This document shows positions 39,099 through 50,731 of a DNA stretch of 64,000 nucleotides, piece after piece. The notes beneath the pieces were generated by a model. The model saw only the letters and a program-made list of their open reading frames with translations, did no database searches and was not told the origin of the DNA. The stretch spans positions 19,096,995 through 19,160,994 of the forward strand of contig OZ037765.1 in NCBI GenBank assembly GCA_964035545.1, written 5' to 3'. The position numbers and the translations under genes are program-made. Source of the DNA: Bugula neritina (lineage: Eukaryota; Animalia; Bryozoa). Every line of letters begins with the position of its first letter. The first letter of the stretch is position 1.

Positions 39099-40833
39099 GT
39101 AATGTAGTTAAATAAAAAACACACTGATGCAGTTTTCTACCAGTTTGTCTTTGCCAAGTTTATTTTCTGAGTTTTTTTTTAATTGAAAACAAATCACTAT
39201 TTAATGTTTCGTCATACACCAATGGCAATTGTATTAGGTTAGAAAATAATTATGATAGTGCAGAACTAAATAATCATTGCTGTCTAGAGTTTTAATTGTA
39301 GTCTATAAGTTGTGGTTAACATAGCATAATGGTTGCTTCAATTTTAAATACTAGTCTTCAACTCTTAATTTATCACTCACTAAATATAGACCAAAGTTTA
39401 GCAGTGCTCCAAATTTACAAGCTACTTCAGCTATAATAAGTTACTGTAACAAGTAATAGGTTATTGTACATATAACTAGTTTATGTATTCTGAAATGAAG
39501 AAATCAACATTTCATAAATAAAATTCCAAATTTAATTAAGAGATAGGTATACTATGAATGTTCAACCGCCACGAATTCGTGTGGTGCAATTTTCTACATC
39601 TCATAACAACATATAAGTTAACTTAAATAATTATAGAATCTACTTGTAATGGCTTTCATCTAGAATACATAAAATACTTTTTATACTATTTAAGTTTGCT
39701 GCACATATATCCAATTACAATCTTTCATGCATACATTGCTTTTATTTCAAAGCTTTATTTATATTTGAGACATGCAAGAAACAGTACAAAACCTCAAATT
39801 TATATGTTGATGACATTTCAAAGTTTGAAAGACAATATGCATATGTAAGTCTTTTAATAAAAAGTTACATATAATGGCCCATACAAACAAATTTAAGATA
39901 ATTGCGTGTATATATAAAAAGGGTAACTTACTTTTAAGTTAAATGCTTCAGGACACAGTCATGTGATAGCTGTTAGTGAGCTAGCAAACAATTATAGCTC
40001 ATGCTCTTTTGATAAACTGCAGTTTCATCCTCATAGCATTTTATCAGCACCGTAACATAATCTTAAATGTACACTCTTATCAACTGCGATAGCACTGTGA
40101 CAATTCATTTGCAATAAACCCCAAGAAAACAACACAAAAAAAGAACTAATTTGAAACCATCACGTTTGTTTGAGGTGTTTCATGATGAAATTAATAAATT
40201 TTTCAGAAATAATTTATCTATCACTGTAGAGATTTCCATAAAAGATTTTTTGAAAAAGTCCGGTATAAACAATTATGCCTAAAATTAGTACATCAATTGT
40301 CGAAATATTAGCAGAAATATCCTGCAAGTGTTTTGTATAATATTTTAACCAAAGGGATGGTTTTAAAATTATTTTTTACTATTTGTTTGAGGCTAAATAC
40401 TGGGGAGATTTCCTGATATTACTGGGGTCGACTCTATAACTGATATGTACAAGTATTTATTTTAGATTACGCTATACCTGCCAGTCTGATATGAAAGGTC
40501 AGTTTGTAGGCCTGTGAAGTAGTGTATAATGACAATGCATGTAAGTTAATCTTTTCTAACTAAAAATGTCTTATATATAGTCTAACAATTTCACCATAAT
40601 AAATACCAATAAGCAAAAATGTGTTTAAAAGACTAATTTTCTATATTTAAACAAAAGTAAAATATGGTACTGATTAACATGCAGTACTAACGTGTTCAAC
40701 AAGACACATTAGCTGTCCTTGGTATGAAGTCCTTATATGACTCAAATGCTCTCTGAATATAGGTGCAGTGTTTCACTAGCATTTTATATTCATTAAAAGC
40801 ATCTTGTATATACTCTGTAAAGCTTAGCAAGTT

Positions 40834-40977
40834 TGTATATATATGTATATATGTATATATGTATATATGTATATATGTATATATGTATATATGTATATAT
40901 GTATATATGTATATATGTATATATGTGTATATGTATATATGTATATGTATATGTATATATGTATATGTATATATATA
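40834..40977. repeat. Compound (TA)/(TATATG)-type microsatellite
   Basis: gtatatatatgtatatatgtatatat... read directly. It produces the spurious YIYI ORFs. Confidence 0.95.
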
Positions 40978-41400
40978 GCAAGTACTCAAGTACTCAATCA
41001 TTGTAACGGTTTTTGGAAATACCGTCACAATGATTCTGTGAAATAAAGTGTGCCTCCTAAATTTTGCTCTTTATGTTTTTTAGTCAAATTGGAGAGGACA
41101 CAATTCAACATGCACATCTGTTATTTTATTAAGTCATTACAAGAAAAGGTACGCCAACTAACTCACTCTCTCTTAATACCTGCTTGCTTTTGCACTTCCA
41201 CTTATTTCATTTACCAAAAAATTATCTTGTAAATTAGTTACATCTTTTAGGTTGTGAAATTCTTAAAATAGCATGAAAATAGTGAGGTTTAAACCTTGGC
41301 TACACCAACTATTGATGTCTTTATTGATGATTGAAGTTACATGAGTTTATTATTCCTAATTTTTAGACTTATCTAAACTCTAAAGTATTGAAAACTATCA

Positions 41401-42421
41401 ACAGAGGACGACCCCGTATCACCCGCAAGGGAACGGGGTTGTGGAGCAGAACAACCGAATGCTGGGGGACTCACTGAGAAGCTTGCTTATCGGTAGGAGC
41501 CAGGAAGAGTGGGACATGGTGCTGCCGCAAATCATGCGAGCTTACCGTAGTACCCCTCACTTCAGTACACTGGAGACCCTTAATTTTCTCATGCTGGGGA
41601 GAGAAACCAGGGTTCCTGAGCACGTAACCTATCATGTTCCGGCTCCCGAGAGCAACGTCCACGACTACGTTGACAAGCTTGTAAAACGCATGGGGACGGC
41701 TCACGAGGTGCTACGTGAGCAGCAATGGCAGATCAGAAGTGGTGACTCTGACGACCCCCCCCCCTTGTATAAGGTGGGAGACTGGGTCTGGATGACCAGT
41801 CATCGCCGGCGACGCGGACAGGCAGCTAAGTTGCAGCCGAAGTTCGTGGGTCCCTACTGCGTGATTGAGGTGATGCCTAATCACACCTATAAAGTGGAAC
41901 AGTCTGGACAAGTGTCGGTCCAGAACGAAGCACGGCTGAAACCTCACTGGGCGAGTCCTGATGCAGCAGGTCAAGCACCTCCTCTCTTAGAGCCAGCTAG
42001 ACGCTCTCCTATGAGGGGGCGAGGCATGGCGTATAGGGAGATAGAGGAGATACTGCAAGATCAGGACGGGGCAGCCGACGCGCCGCCCGACCCGCCCCGA
42101 CCACCTCCACCCCAGGAGGAGGAGGCCGACTCACCAGAAGACCTGTCTGAGCCGGCCCCACCACCTGTGGAGCCGTTTGACAGGCCTATCGCCCCGGATG
42201 AGATGGAAATTCCTCAAAATCATGAGGAAGAAGCAGCTGGGGGAGGACCACCCGTACTGGTAGACCCCCCCCCCGTACTGGAAACACCACCAGTGGTGGA
42301 AGAGTCACCAGCAGCAGCAAATTCCCCGGTACCGTTGGAACGTAGCCAACGTACCAGGGCGCCACCATCTTATTTGCGAGACTTCTTGTGTGACTTGGTC
42401 GACATGCACAGTATTCTGTAG
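41401..42421 (+). pseudogene. 5'-truncated Ty3/Gypsy pol fragment (integrase C-terminus plus Pro/Glu-rich tail)
   Basis: Abrupt GC rise at ~41401. Translation RTTPYHPQGNGVVEQNNR...WDMVLPQIMRAYRSTPH...LMLGRE, GPY/F motif KLQPKFVGPY, terminal RSQRTRAPPSYLRDF. No RT, gag or 5' LTR upstream. Confidence 0.9.
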
Positions 42422-42660
42422 CATCTCGACATGCACAAAGAAGTCTGGGGGCGAGATAGTTGATAACATGCTACCTAGTGGCGGATCGAATAGGTCAGCC
42501 GGGGGTCAGCAGAGCGTAGCCAATTCAACAGCGTATAGGGTGTTACATAACCACTCTAGCTGTGAGCGCTCTTTTCAATTACAACCAGCAAACAGGCAGC
42601 ACGTCTTTTGCAGTAAACAATTTGGCTACTACGAGCCCTAAGAAAACAGGCAGCAACATT

Positions 42661-43802
42661 ATGTCTAATGCAGCAACTGTTTTGGGGGGTAAGTCTACTA
42701 GAAATTCTATACTAATTAATTAGAATTTATTCTGGTAGCGACGTCAGTCTCGCTTTATCATAATGATAAAGTTGAAACTCCTGACATCAGACGATATTTC
42801 GATGATGAGAGTGGGACGGTCGACTCAACTGATTATGTCATCAGTGAGTGACAGACTGTGTGACTCAATTATCAGTATTGTTTGGAACGGGAGTCCCACG
42901 CATAGAGTGTGATTCAGACAGTAGATGAATTTAAATACTCTATTGCAGGTGAGACTGAGTCTGTATCCGACGAGATACAGGCACTGCTCGACACACCAAT
43001 TACAGACTGGGACAGCATGTCAGAGACAGGGGTAGACATGCTGTCCGACGTACACCTGTCAACGTTGATGGACTCACCGACAGTAACTGACAGACACACT
43101 GCAATGCAACTGGACATCCCCGACTTGACTGAAACCAATGACCTGACTATCGCACTACCCCAAGCACTACTTCAACGGACAAACTGGACTACCCGGCAGA
43201 CACGTACACTAATACAAGCACTGATAGGGACAAACGACAACCGACAATGCGCTGAATGCAGACGGACTTTATCGACCATGAAGAGACTGAAAATACATAT
43301 ACCACAACACTTCACTGTAACTTTCTGTCCCTGTGGAGTCCACCATTTCTGCAGGGACACCATACTACGCCACCAGAGAACTCAAGACTGCTATGTAGGA
43401 CACCTATACAAAGTCGACGCGGACTCATATACCGAATTTCGAGACTTAATTCTACCCCACGTGACTGACCCGGACCGAAGACAGACCCTACTAGACCAAT
43501 TCCCCGCTACCCGACCAACAGTAGAGAGTGACTCAGATGCGGACCCCCAACTCACCGAGACCACGACGACGACACACACTTCCGACGTAACTACACAACC
43601 CCTCCGTGTTATTGTGACCCGCACTAGACGCACGGTAGCAGACGACCCACAACCCCCGACTACGACAATTTCTTATGTACCCAGACGCACCCACATGAAG
43701 AGGAAGGGTACTGGCAGTACAACCCAAGACGACTGGCCAGAGATTGACAGAAGAGTGGTTTCCGCCCCCCCCTTTCCACTGAGACTGTGCGTCACGATGT
43801 AA
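42661..43802 (+). CDS. Putative spliced zinc-finger protein (~293 aa) downstream of the Gypsy integrase
   Basis: Exon 42661-42688 (ATG TCT AAT...GGG G|GTAAGT) and exon 42949-43802 (tctattgcag|GT GAG) join in phase 1. Contains C-x2-C-x12-H-x3-H (CAECRRTLSTMKRLKIHIPQH) and C-x-C-x12-H-x5-C. Confidence 0.65.
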
Positions 43803-46800
43803 ATATGTGACCAGTCGCGACAAAACCGGGGATGTGGCGGCGTTTATAAAGTGTAGTAATTGAAGGTTTAATTTGGAAATACTTAAATTTGAAATTAGTT
43901 TCCAATTTTTATGTTTTAGACTTTTTTAATACAAAAAAATCCAAGGATTTCAAAAATCATACTTTCGTAAACATTTGATGATTCCTTCAGCTCTAAAATT
44001 GCATTTAAAGTTGGTAACTAAGGCTTTCAATTTTTCAAATGATGAAAAAATTGCGAAGTTATCAATTAAAGAAAGAAGACAATTTTAGCCATTTTCATAG
44101 CGTGAGATCTTCCAATTTTTTTTTTTATCAAATAAATTTAGCTTACACCTCTTTCTTCGTATTGTCAGAAGCATCATATTTAAAATCGAAGGCTAGTTTT
44201 AGTTTTTCATCACGTTCCATCCAAATTTAGCTTTTAAGTTACTGAGCTGTTTTGCCCTTTAGTGATAAATGCTAAACTTAATCTTTATCTTTAGCGTTCA
44301 AGCTTGAAAACCACAACAATACAGGTAATTATACTCAAAACAATCATTTACGCTGCTAACTTAGAATTGTTGCCAGGATTATTTGTAGTTATCAATTTAT
44401 TAATAATAATATTTATACTATCACTAGGACTCGTAGGAGTATGTCTTAGAGTTAGTCTATTCTATTCTATATTACTACTAGTAACTATTTAAATGACTCT
44501 CACTATGACTCACAGTTTGAGGTACGGTTACTCATAATGATAATCATAATGAATATTATTCATGTTTTACTGATACTGGTATTTGGTAGTAAAACCAAAT
44601 GTAGCTCATTAAATTTTTAATATTAATACTAATAGCATAGCTATTACTATAAGTATAACTATAAGTAATTAATAGTTATAAATTCACTATTACCATTAGT
44701 ATTACTGTATTAGTATTTGAGTCTGACTCTGAGTTTCGCCTTTGCTCTTAAAACTTGATACTCATACTGATAGTATTATATTTATTGATTTATTCTATAG
44801 TTGATAAATTTCAATTTACATTAGACTTACTCTTAGTCTTAGTAACTTTTAGCCTCTGTCTTAGATTTTGTCAATACAGTTACTGATTACTATTACTATT
44901 AGTATTAATATTAGGCCTACTAATACTAGTCAAACTACCGGTTCCTTTTGTGATTTTTAAATTAGCTCAAAGTTTGATTCAAAATATAATGATAAAATCT
45001 TTATCACATTATGCAGGCTTACAGTTAGTGTTACTGTCAAAACTCAATTGATAATCATATTCATATTGATAAAAGCATCACCTATAACCAAATTGAAATG
45101 ATAAATGTAACTAAATGTAAACGAGTATAATGATGAAATATTAATGCGAGTTCATGATGATTCTATAGTTGACTGACTTGGTTTTTCAGTGAGTTACTTT
45201 TAGTCTTATTTAGTGAGTAGTAACACTAACTGAATGCATAAATAGTCTAAACTTTTTAATTTTATTACAAGATGAGCAAATATTTATTCATATTTTAAAG
45301 TAATTTATTGAATTCAAATTGATTTTATAGTAAATGTTTTTAATAGATTCACTTGCACTTAGCTAGCTTTTTTACTCTATTAAATGCCTGAGTGGTTAAT
45401 AGTTATCTAAAGACATTGCTTCAAAATTGCCAGTTGCAGATATGCTAGATATTCAAGTGCATAATGTGTAATTTTACTGATAATACTATGTTAATATAGA
45501 ATAATCCGATATTCTGTACATTTTAGAAAGTGGACTTGTGAGGGCATTAGAGTGAAGACTTAAACCTACACAACTCTACTACCTTTCAATCTAATACTTC
45601 TAATGTAGACACTCCGGATTTTGGCTTGCAAGGTTATGGCTTCTGCTTATTTCATTCATAAAAAGGTTTGCAGTCTTTTAATGATGTGCTTGAAAATTAT
45701 CAAGAATTTTTTTAATTTAAATTGTTCTGTTTAATTCAATAAATTTAATTGTTGATGAAATGCAGGATCACAATTAACTGCTGCCATAATAGTACCACAA
45801 GAGTGTTTAGCCAACTAATTTTTTATAATATAACTAGGTATAATTTCTAATCAAGCTACCGTTTCCTTTTGTTATTTAAAAAAAAGTCAACATTGTACTT
45901 TCAGCTCTGGAATAGACAATAAGTGGGTAGATTGGCAGGATGGATGTCAAGTAGCAGCATCTATAATTACTAAAAAATCAACTGATGATAGTGATGAAGC
46001 TTTTGCCACATACATGATGTTATGTGTCCATACTCCGTAAATTCATGTTATGAAGACCTAGGAAGTAGAAAGATGATAAGTGCCTTCTTTGCAACAACCG
46101 TAGAAGCTACCTAATTTTCTTTTCTTGATAAGAGTTAATTCAAGCATAATGGTTGTATCCAGGCTGGATTTTTTACTGCATTTAATTGGTTTTTTAAAAT
46201 AATGTATTTGATGTTTTAAATGTGAATATTATTGCCTAATAAAACTCAAAAGTTCAAATAGCTGATTTTATGTTTATATTTTCAACATGAACATCTCAAC
46301 CAAATCAATTGCTAAATTTAGTTGCTGTTAGAGATTATAAAGATATTTATAAATGAACCTCGCATGATCTCATAATAGTCAAATAATTTTCTTATAAGTG
46401 TTCTATTCATTAAGCAATAATTATGAAACAGCACAGCTCAATAGCTGCAGTTTGATATATTACACGATATATTAAAGGAAAGGGAGATATTCAATGTATA
46501 AGAGGAAGCAGCTGCCATTTTGTTTTATATTACTTCCTGCTGACTTGGATGCCTAATTTAAATATCTCAACATACAAACTTGCTGAAACATCCTCTTCTT
46601 TGCTGGAATTGTTAAACCTTTCAACCATTAAACAAAGTAAAAAGCGAATTGACAAATAAATTAGACAAAAAGTTTGGCGGCCATATTTGACCTAATTTTA
46701 TGTTGAGGCAGCATGAAATTTAGTTTAACAGAAAGCCCAAACTTTCACAATTATTTTGATACCAAATTTGTCACTATTTCTTCTATACAAAGACCCGTTG

Positions 46801-47061
46801 CTAAGGCTTGTAAATTGTAAACAAATAATTCTCAACTTATTCTAGAGTTGCCAACTTTAAACGCGATTTTCTCGAAACAGTAATTTAGAAATTCTAAAAA
46901 CGCTAAAGTTTTTAAATACTGATATCTCGAGTTCTATTTGTGCTAGAGACTTCAAATAAAGTGCAAAATGTCCGATAAAGTCTGCTCTATCACTCCATAG
47001 TAATAACTAAGTTTTCAACATTTTATCTACATCCCTTGTTTTGTGGTGCCAGGTCACATAT
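43803..47061. mobile_element. Non-autonomous TIR element (~3.26 kb), unclassified
   Basis: 33-bp imperfect TIRs: ATATGTGACCAGTCGCGACAAAACCGGGGATGT (43803-43835) versus the reverse complement of 47029-47061, ATATGTGACCTGGCACCACAAAACAAGGGATGT (27/33 identical). AT-rich interior with no transposase seen. Confidence 0.65.
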
Positions 47062-47826
47062 ATAGGTGTTACTGAGTATGCATAGTAGAGACTCGGTTAT
47101 TTTGCGTATACTATTCTGTATTATATATTCTTTTCCTATTTTTTTGTTATCTCTAGTTTTGTAAATCTTGTCTACTTTTCAATCTTTTTTATTTTATAAT
47201 GTTGTCATGCAAGAATTAATCATAGAGTGTACCTTTCGATAGGGGTGGCGAGTGTAATGGATTTCAGTAGTGCAATTAACAATTAGTTTAGATATCGAAA
47301 GGGTCGACTCTATGTTGTGAAGATCGACTATATCGACCTCCAGCCGACTTGTACCTATGGTCGACAGTGGCACCACTAACATCAGCCAACCAGGAAAGAC
47401 TGTTAATTAATAGCAGGTGGAGCTAGCTATTCGTAGTAGAAACACGCTAAGTAGCTAGCCGGGCAGAGCAGCTTGGGATTTTGCTTAGAGTAGTTGTGTG
47501 CAAAGTGCTCATAAAGGCCTGGCCACACAATCGTGAGAATCACACGAAATCGTCTATTTGACACGAAAAAACATTCGTACGAGAAAATTTTAGGGAATTC
47601 AAACGAAATCGTCATCGTTGGGTGTGCACAACAATGACGATGGACGAAAAATCACAATCGACGATAAGTACCATTTGATTAGTCAACGGAATTTTAGCAA
47701 CAGTGATTATTTCATTTCTACTATGTTTCTCTATTTGGCAATTTTCTGCTGCTTGTATCTCGTGCAAGACTCATTCACGGACAGTAATAAAAATGAGTTG
47801 TTGCCATCAAAGTGGTATATATTATG

Positions 47827-47828
<2 letters not shown>

Positions 47829-47908
<80 letters not shown>
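47829..47908. repeat. (TA)n microsatellite
   Basis: About 40 TA units read directly. Confidence 0.97.
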
Positions 47909-47912
<4 letters not shown>

Positions 47913-48041
47913 ATGCTCGTGACTCCTAGGTGACCCCTAGAGTCACTTGAGCACTCTGGCTTGAGTTTACACACCTTTTAAATATGCTTTAATAAAACTA
48001 TAAGTTTTACTATTGCGAAGGTGTGGGCCATGGCACTCTGT

Positions 48042-48088
48042 TCTGTGCTGATGAGGGGACAAATCCTGAAACAGCTGCTGTCCACAGA
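48042..48088 (+). ncRNA. Type I hammerhead ribozyme motif (Penelope/retrozyme-like minimal hammerhead)
   Basis: TCTGTG-CTGATGA-GGGG-ACAAA-TCCT-GAAA-CAG-CTG-CTG-TC-CACAGA. Stem I TCTGTG/CACAGA, core CUGAUGA and GAAA, stem II GGGG/TCCT (two G-U pairs), stem III ACAG/CTGT, GUC cleavage triplet ending at 48082. Confidence 0.85.
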
Positions 48089-48090
48089 TT

Positions 48091-48094
<4 letters not shown>

Positions 48095-48152
<58 letters not shown>
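48095..48152. repeat. (TA)n microsatellite
   Basis: About 29 TA units read directly. Confidence 0.97.
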
Positions 48153-48154
<2 letters not shown>

Positions 48155-49378
48155 CCTAATATATACCACTTTGATGGCAACAAGTCATTCAAGTCAATAC
48201 GAAAAGATAACTCACAAAAATCGTCACACGAGTTTCGTGTGATTCTCACGATCGTGTGGCCAGGCCTTTATTATGTAATCGTTCAATTCATGTTAGTAGT
48301 AATTCAATTCTTGTATCTTGTGAATAATAAACTTGTTATAACGTAAATAACCTGGTGTAGTACCTTTGTTTAAGTCGACCCACATAATATTGTTGTGCGA
48401 CGCACAATAGTTATGTGGGTTTTCTAGTGAGTCTAGTTAGTGCGTCAAGTTGACAATAATTCACTGGTAATATTTATTAGAGTCTTTATTATCTCAAATA
48501 TAATCCAAGGAAAAATATGTCATGTATCACCGTTTACTATTACTGTATCACATCACTGCTAGTACTAATATGAATTCAGCCCTTTTATAACCCGCGTGAC
48601 TTTTCACAGCCGGGACTAATTAAATAATAGCGTCTGATTGGTGGAGGGCACGTAGGACGTATATTCCACGCCCCATTACAATATAGTGAATTGAGAAATT
48701 CACTACAGCGATTATACCTTTACTGAAAAAGTTCCGAGTTTCAGTTATAATATCACTCGTCTGAGTACCCTGTTGTAGTTCTACTAAAAATTGTTTAAAT
48801 CATATTGATATAGAAGTTTGCTTTGAGCAATGAATTTATATTTGGTTTTTTTGCTAATCATTCCGTTGTTCGTCGCAGTAGTATCAATTTAATGGGGTTG
48901 CCCGTTTCAAGGGTTGATGTGGCAATCAGAGGCAGGGTACAGTCTGCACCAACACAATCAATCAATAATTTCATCGTTCACTCGTTCAGTGTCTCTTGCT
49001 TATCTAAGAACCTGAGCCTAGTTCAAATTACAAGTTTTAGAGTTGTTATTTTTTCACGCAGTCCTTTATTTGTTTGTTAGGCAACAGAAATTAGTATTCA
49101 CTAGACCTAGTCTTTTACCTGCATGTATGCCTATTTTTGTCTATAAAAGAAAAACCTCTTCCTATATTGCACTGAAAATAAAACTAACAACGAAAATTAA
49201 TTCTCTGAATTAAAAGTAACAGTGAGATTTTGGTATTACTTATATTTAGTTGCTAGCATGCACATAGAGTCAAATTATTAACAGAGATTTTCAAATACAT
49301 GAACTTTATTCTACATCAGTAAGGTTTAGTCCAAGTAAGCATAATATTAAATTGTGTTCTTGTTTAACATTTGTAGAC

Positions 49379-50173
49379 GGGTGTGACTAAAATGGGTGTG
49401 ACTAAAATGGGTGGCCACCCGGTGTCGCGGTCCATGACACCCATTTTAGTCATAAGGAGGGGTTTTGACTAAAATGGGTGTCACGAAAAATTTTCCTTTT
49501 ATTTTCAGATTTTTAGACATTTGTGACTGCTGAAATTGTTATTAAATAAATCTTCAGTGAATAATTAACGTTTCACAATTGTTTAAATCAAAAAAACATA
49601 AATAAATAATGATTAAATTAAATTAATTTCAACAAAAACTAAACTTATCGAGAGTTATCTTTCCTCATCAACAATTTAATTTTTACTTAATTTTGCTGTT
49701 ATCGTTATGATCATGGACATGCTAACTAAAATGGGTGTCGCGAAGATTTTTAGTTTTGTTTTCACATTTTGTAGACATTTTTGTTTGTTAATATTGCTCA
49801 AAACGTTTTTAATAGTTTAAAGTATATGTTTCATAAGTTAACATGTCTATGATCATAACGATAACAGCAAAATTAAGTAAAAATTAAATTTTTGCTGAGG
49901 AAAGGTAACTCTCGATAAGTTTAGTTTTTGTTGAAATTAATTTAATTTAATCATGCATTATTTATTTGTGTTTTTTTGGTTTAAACAATTGTGAAACGTT
50001 AATTATTCAATGAAGATTTATTTAATAACAATTTCAGCAGTCACAAATGTCTAAAAATCTGAAAATAAAAGGAAAATTTTTCGTGACACCCATTTTAGTC
50101 AAAACCCCTCCTTATGACTAAAATGGGTGTCATGGACCGCGACACCGGGTGGCCATCCATTTTAGTCACACCC
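49379..50173. mobile_element. Mutator-like foldback MITE (795 bp)
   Basis: ~335-bp TIRs (about 49394-49727 and 49836-50173) with G-rich termini GGGTGTGACTAAAATGG. 9-bp TSD TTTGTAGAC (49370-49378) / TTTGTGGAC (50174-50182). Repeated internal GACTAAAATGGGTGTC motif. Confidence 0.9.
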
Positions 50174-50731
50174 TTTGTGGACTGGCAACGTGTACTTTAA
50201 GGATCGTAGTAAACTCAGATGTAATACTGGGAGGTAATTAAAAAGCTTCCAACTCCATTATCAATTATGGGCCATGATAATTTTGCTGATAGCTCCAACA
50301 TACTACAATTGGAATGCCCTGCTACAGTACTACAATTAGCTATTGCAAAACTTATGCACGGGCACAAAATTTATTTCTGATGTAACGTATCTCAAATTAG
50401 AACATAAACCTTATTTCTGAAATGTAGATACCATGAAATAATGCCCTGAGAGTATGTTTAATAATATTCCATGAATTGTATATGTACAGACATAATTTTA
50501 ATGCTTATCCACCAATAACTTTATTATTCTATATAAAATAATATATGCCCACTTTAGGTTTGACAATATTTTTAAAACTATATTATTCCTGTATTAAATG
50601 TTTGTTGCTCAAGTAAAACAAAAAATAATTTATAGAATAAAGACTGCCACGAGAAGACCACTCAAGCGTAAAACTAACCTAACATTATTTTAAAATTACC
50701 CTTATTATTTGGTAAGATTAGGCAAAAAATT

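Larger units (their letters stand above)
47515..48267. mobile_element. PIF/Harbinger-like MITE with a nested inner inverted repeat and (TA)n tracts
   Basis: TIR AGGCCTGGCCACACAATCGTGAGAATCACACGAAA matches the reverse complement of the right end with 1 mismatch, flanked by TAA / TTA. An inner inverted repeat at 47792-47830 / 48151-48189 abuts (TA)n tracts. Confidence 0.8.
47200..48455 (+). mobile_element. Possible solo LTR interrupted by the MITE at 47515-48267
   Basis: TGT...ACA ends with ATAA on both sides (47196-47199, 48456-48459), AATAAA at ~48325, about 500 bp once the MITE is removed. A 4-bp AT-rich TSD could be a chance match. Confidence 0.35.

Noticed and set aside
40696-41046. ORFs rich in YIYI/ICIYVY
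   Set aside because: They are translations of a TA/TATATG microsatellite.
43821-43845. AAAACCGGGGA-TGTGG as a Gypsy PPT plus 3' LTR start
   Set aside because: The sequence is better explained as the left TIR pairing with 47029-47061.
47618-48346. Several ORFs with (YI)n runs
   Set aside because: They are translations of (TA)n tracts inside a MITE.
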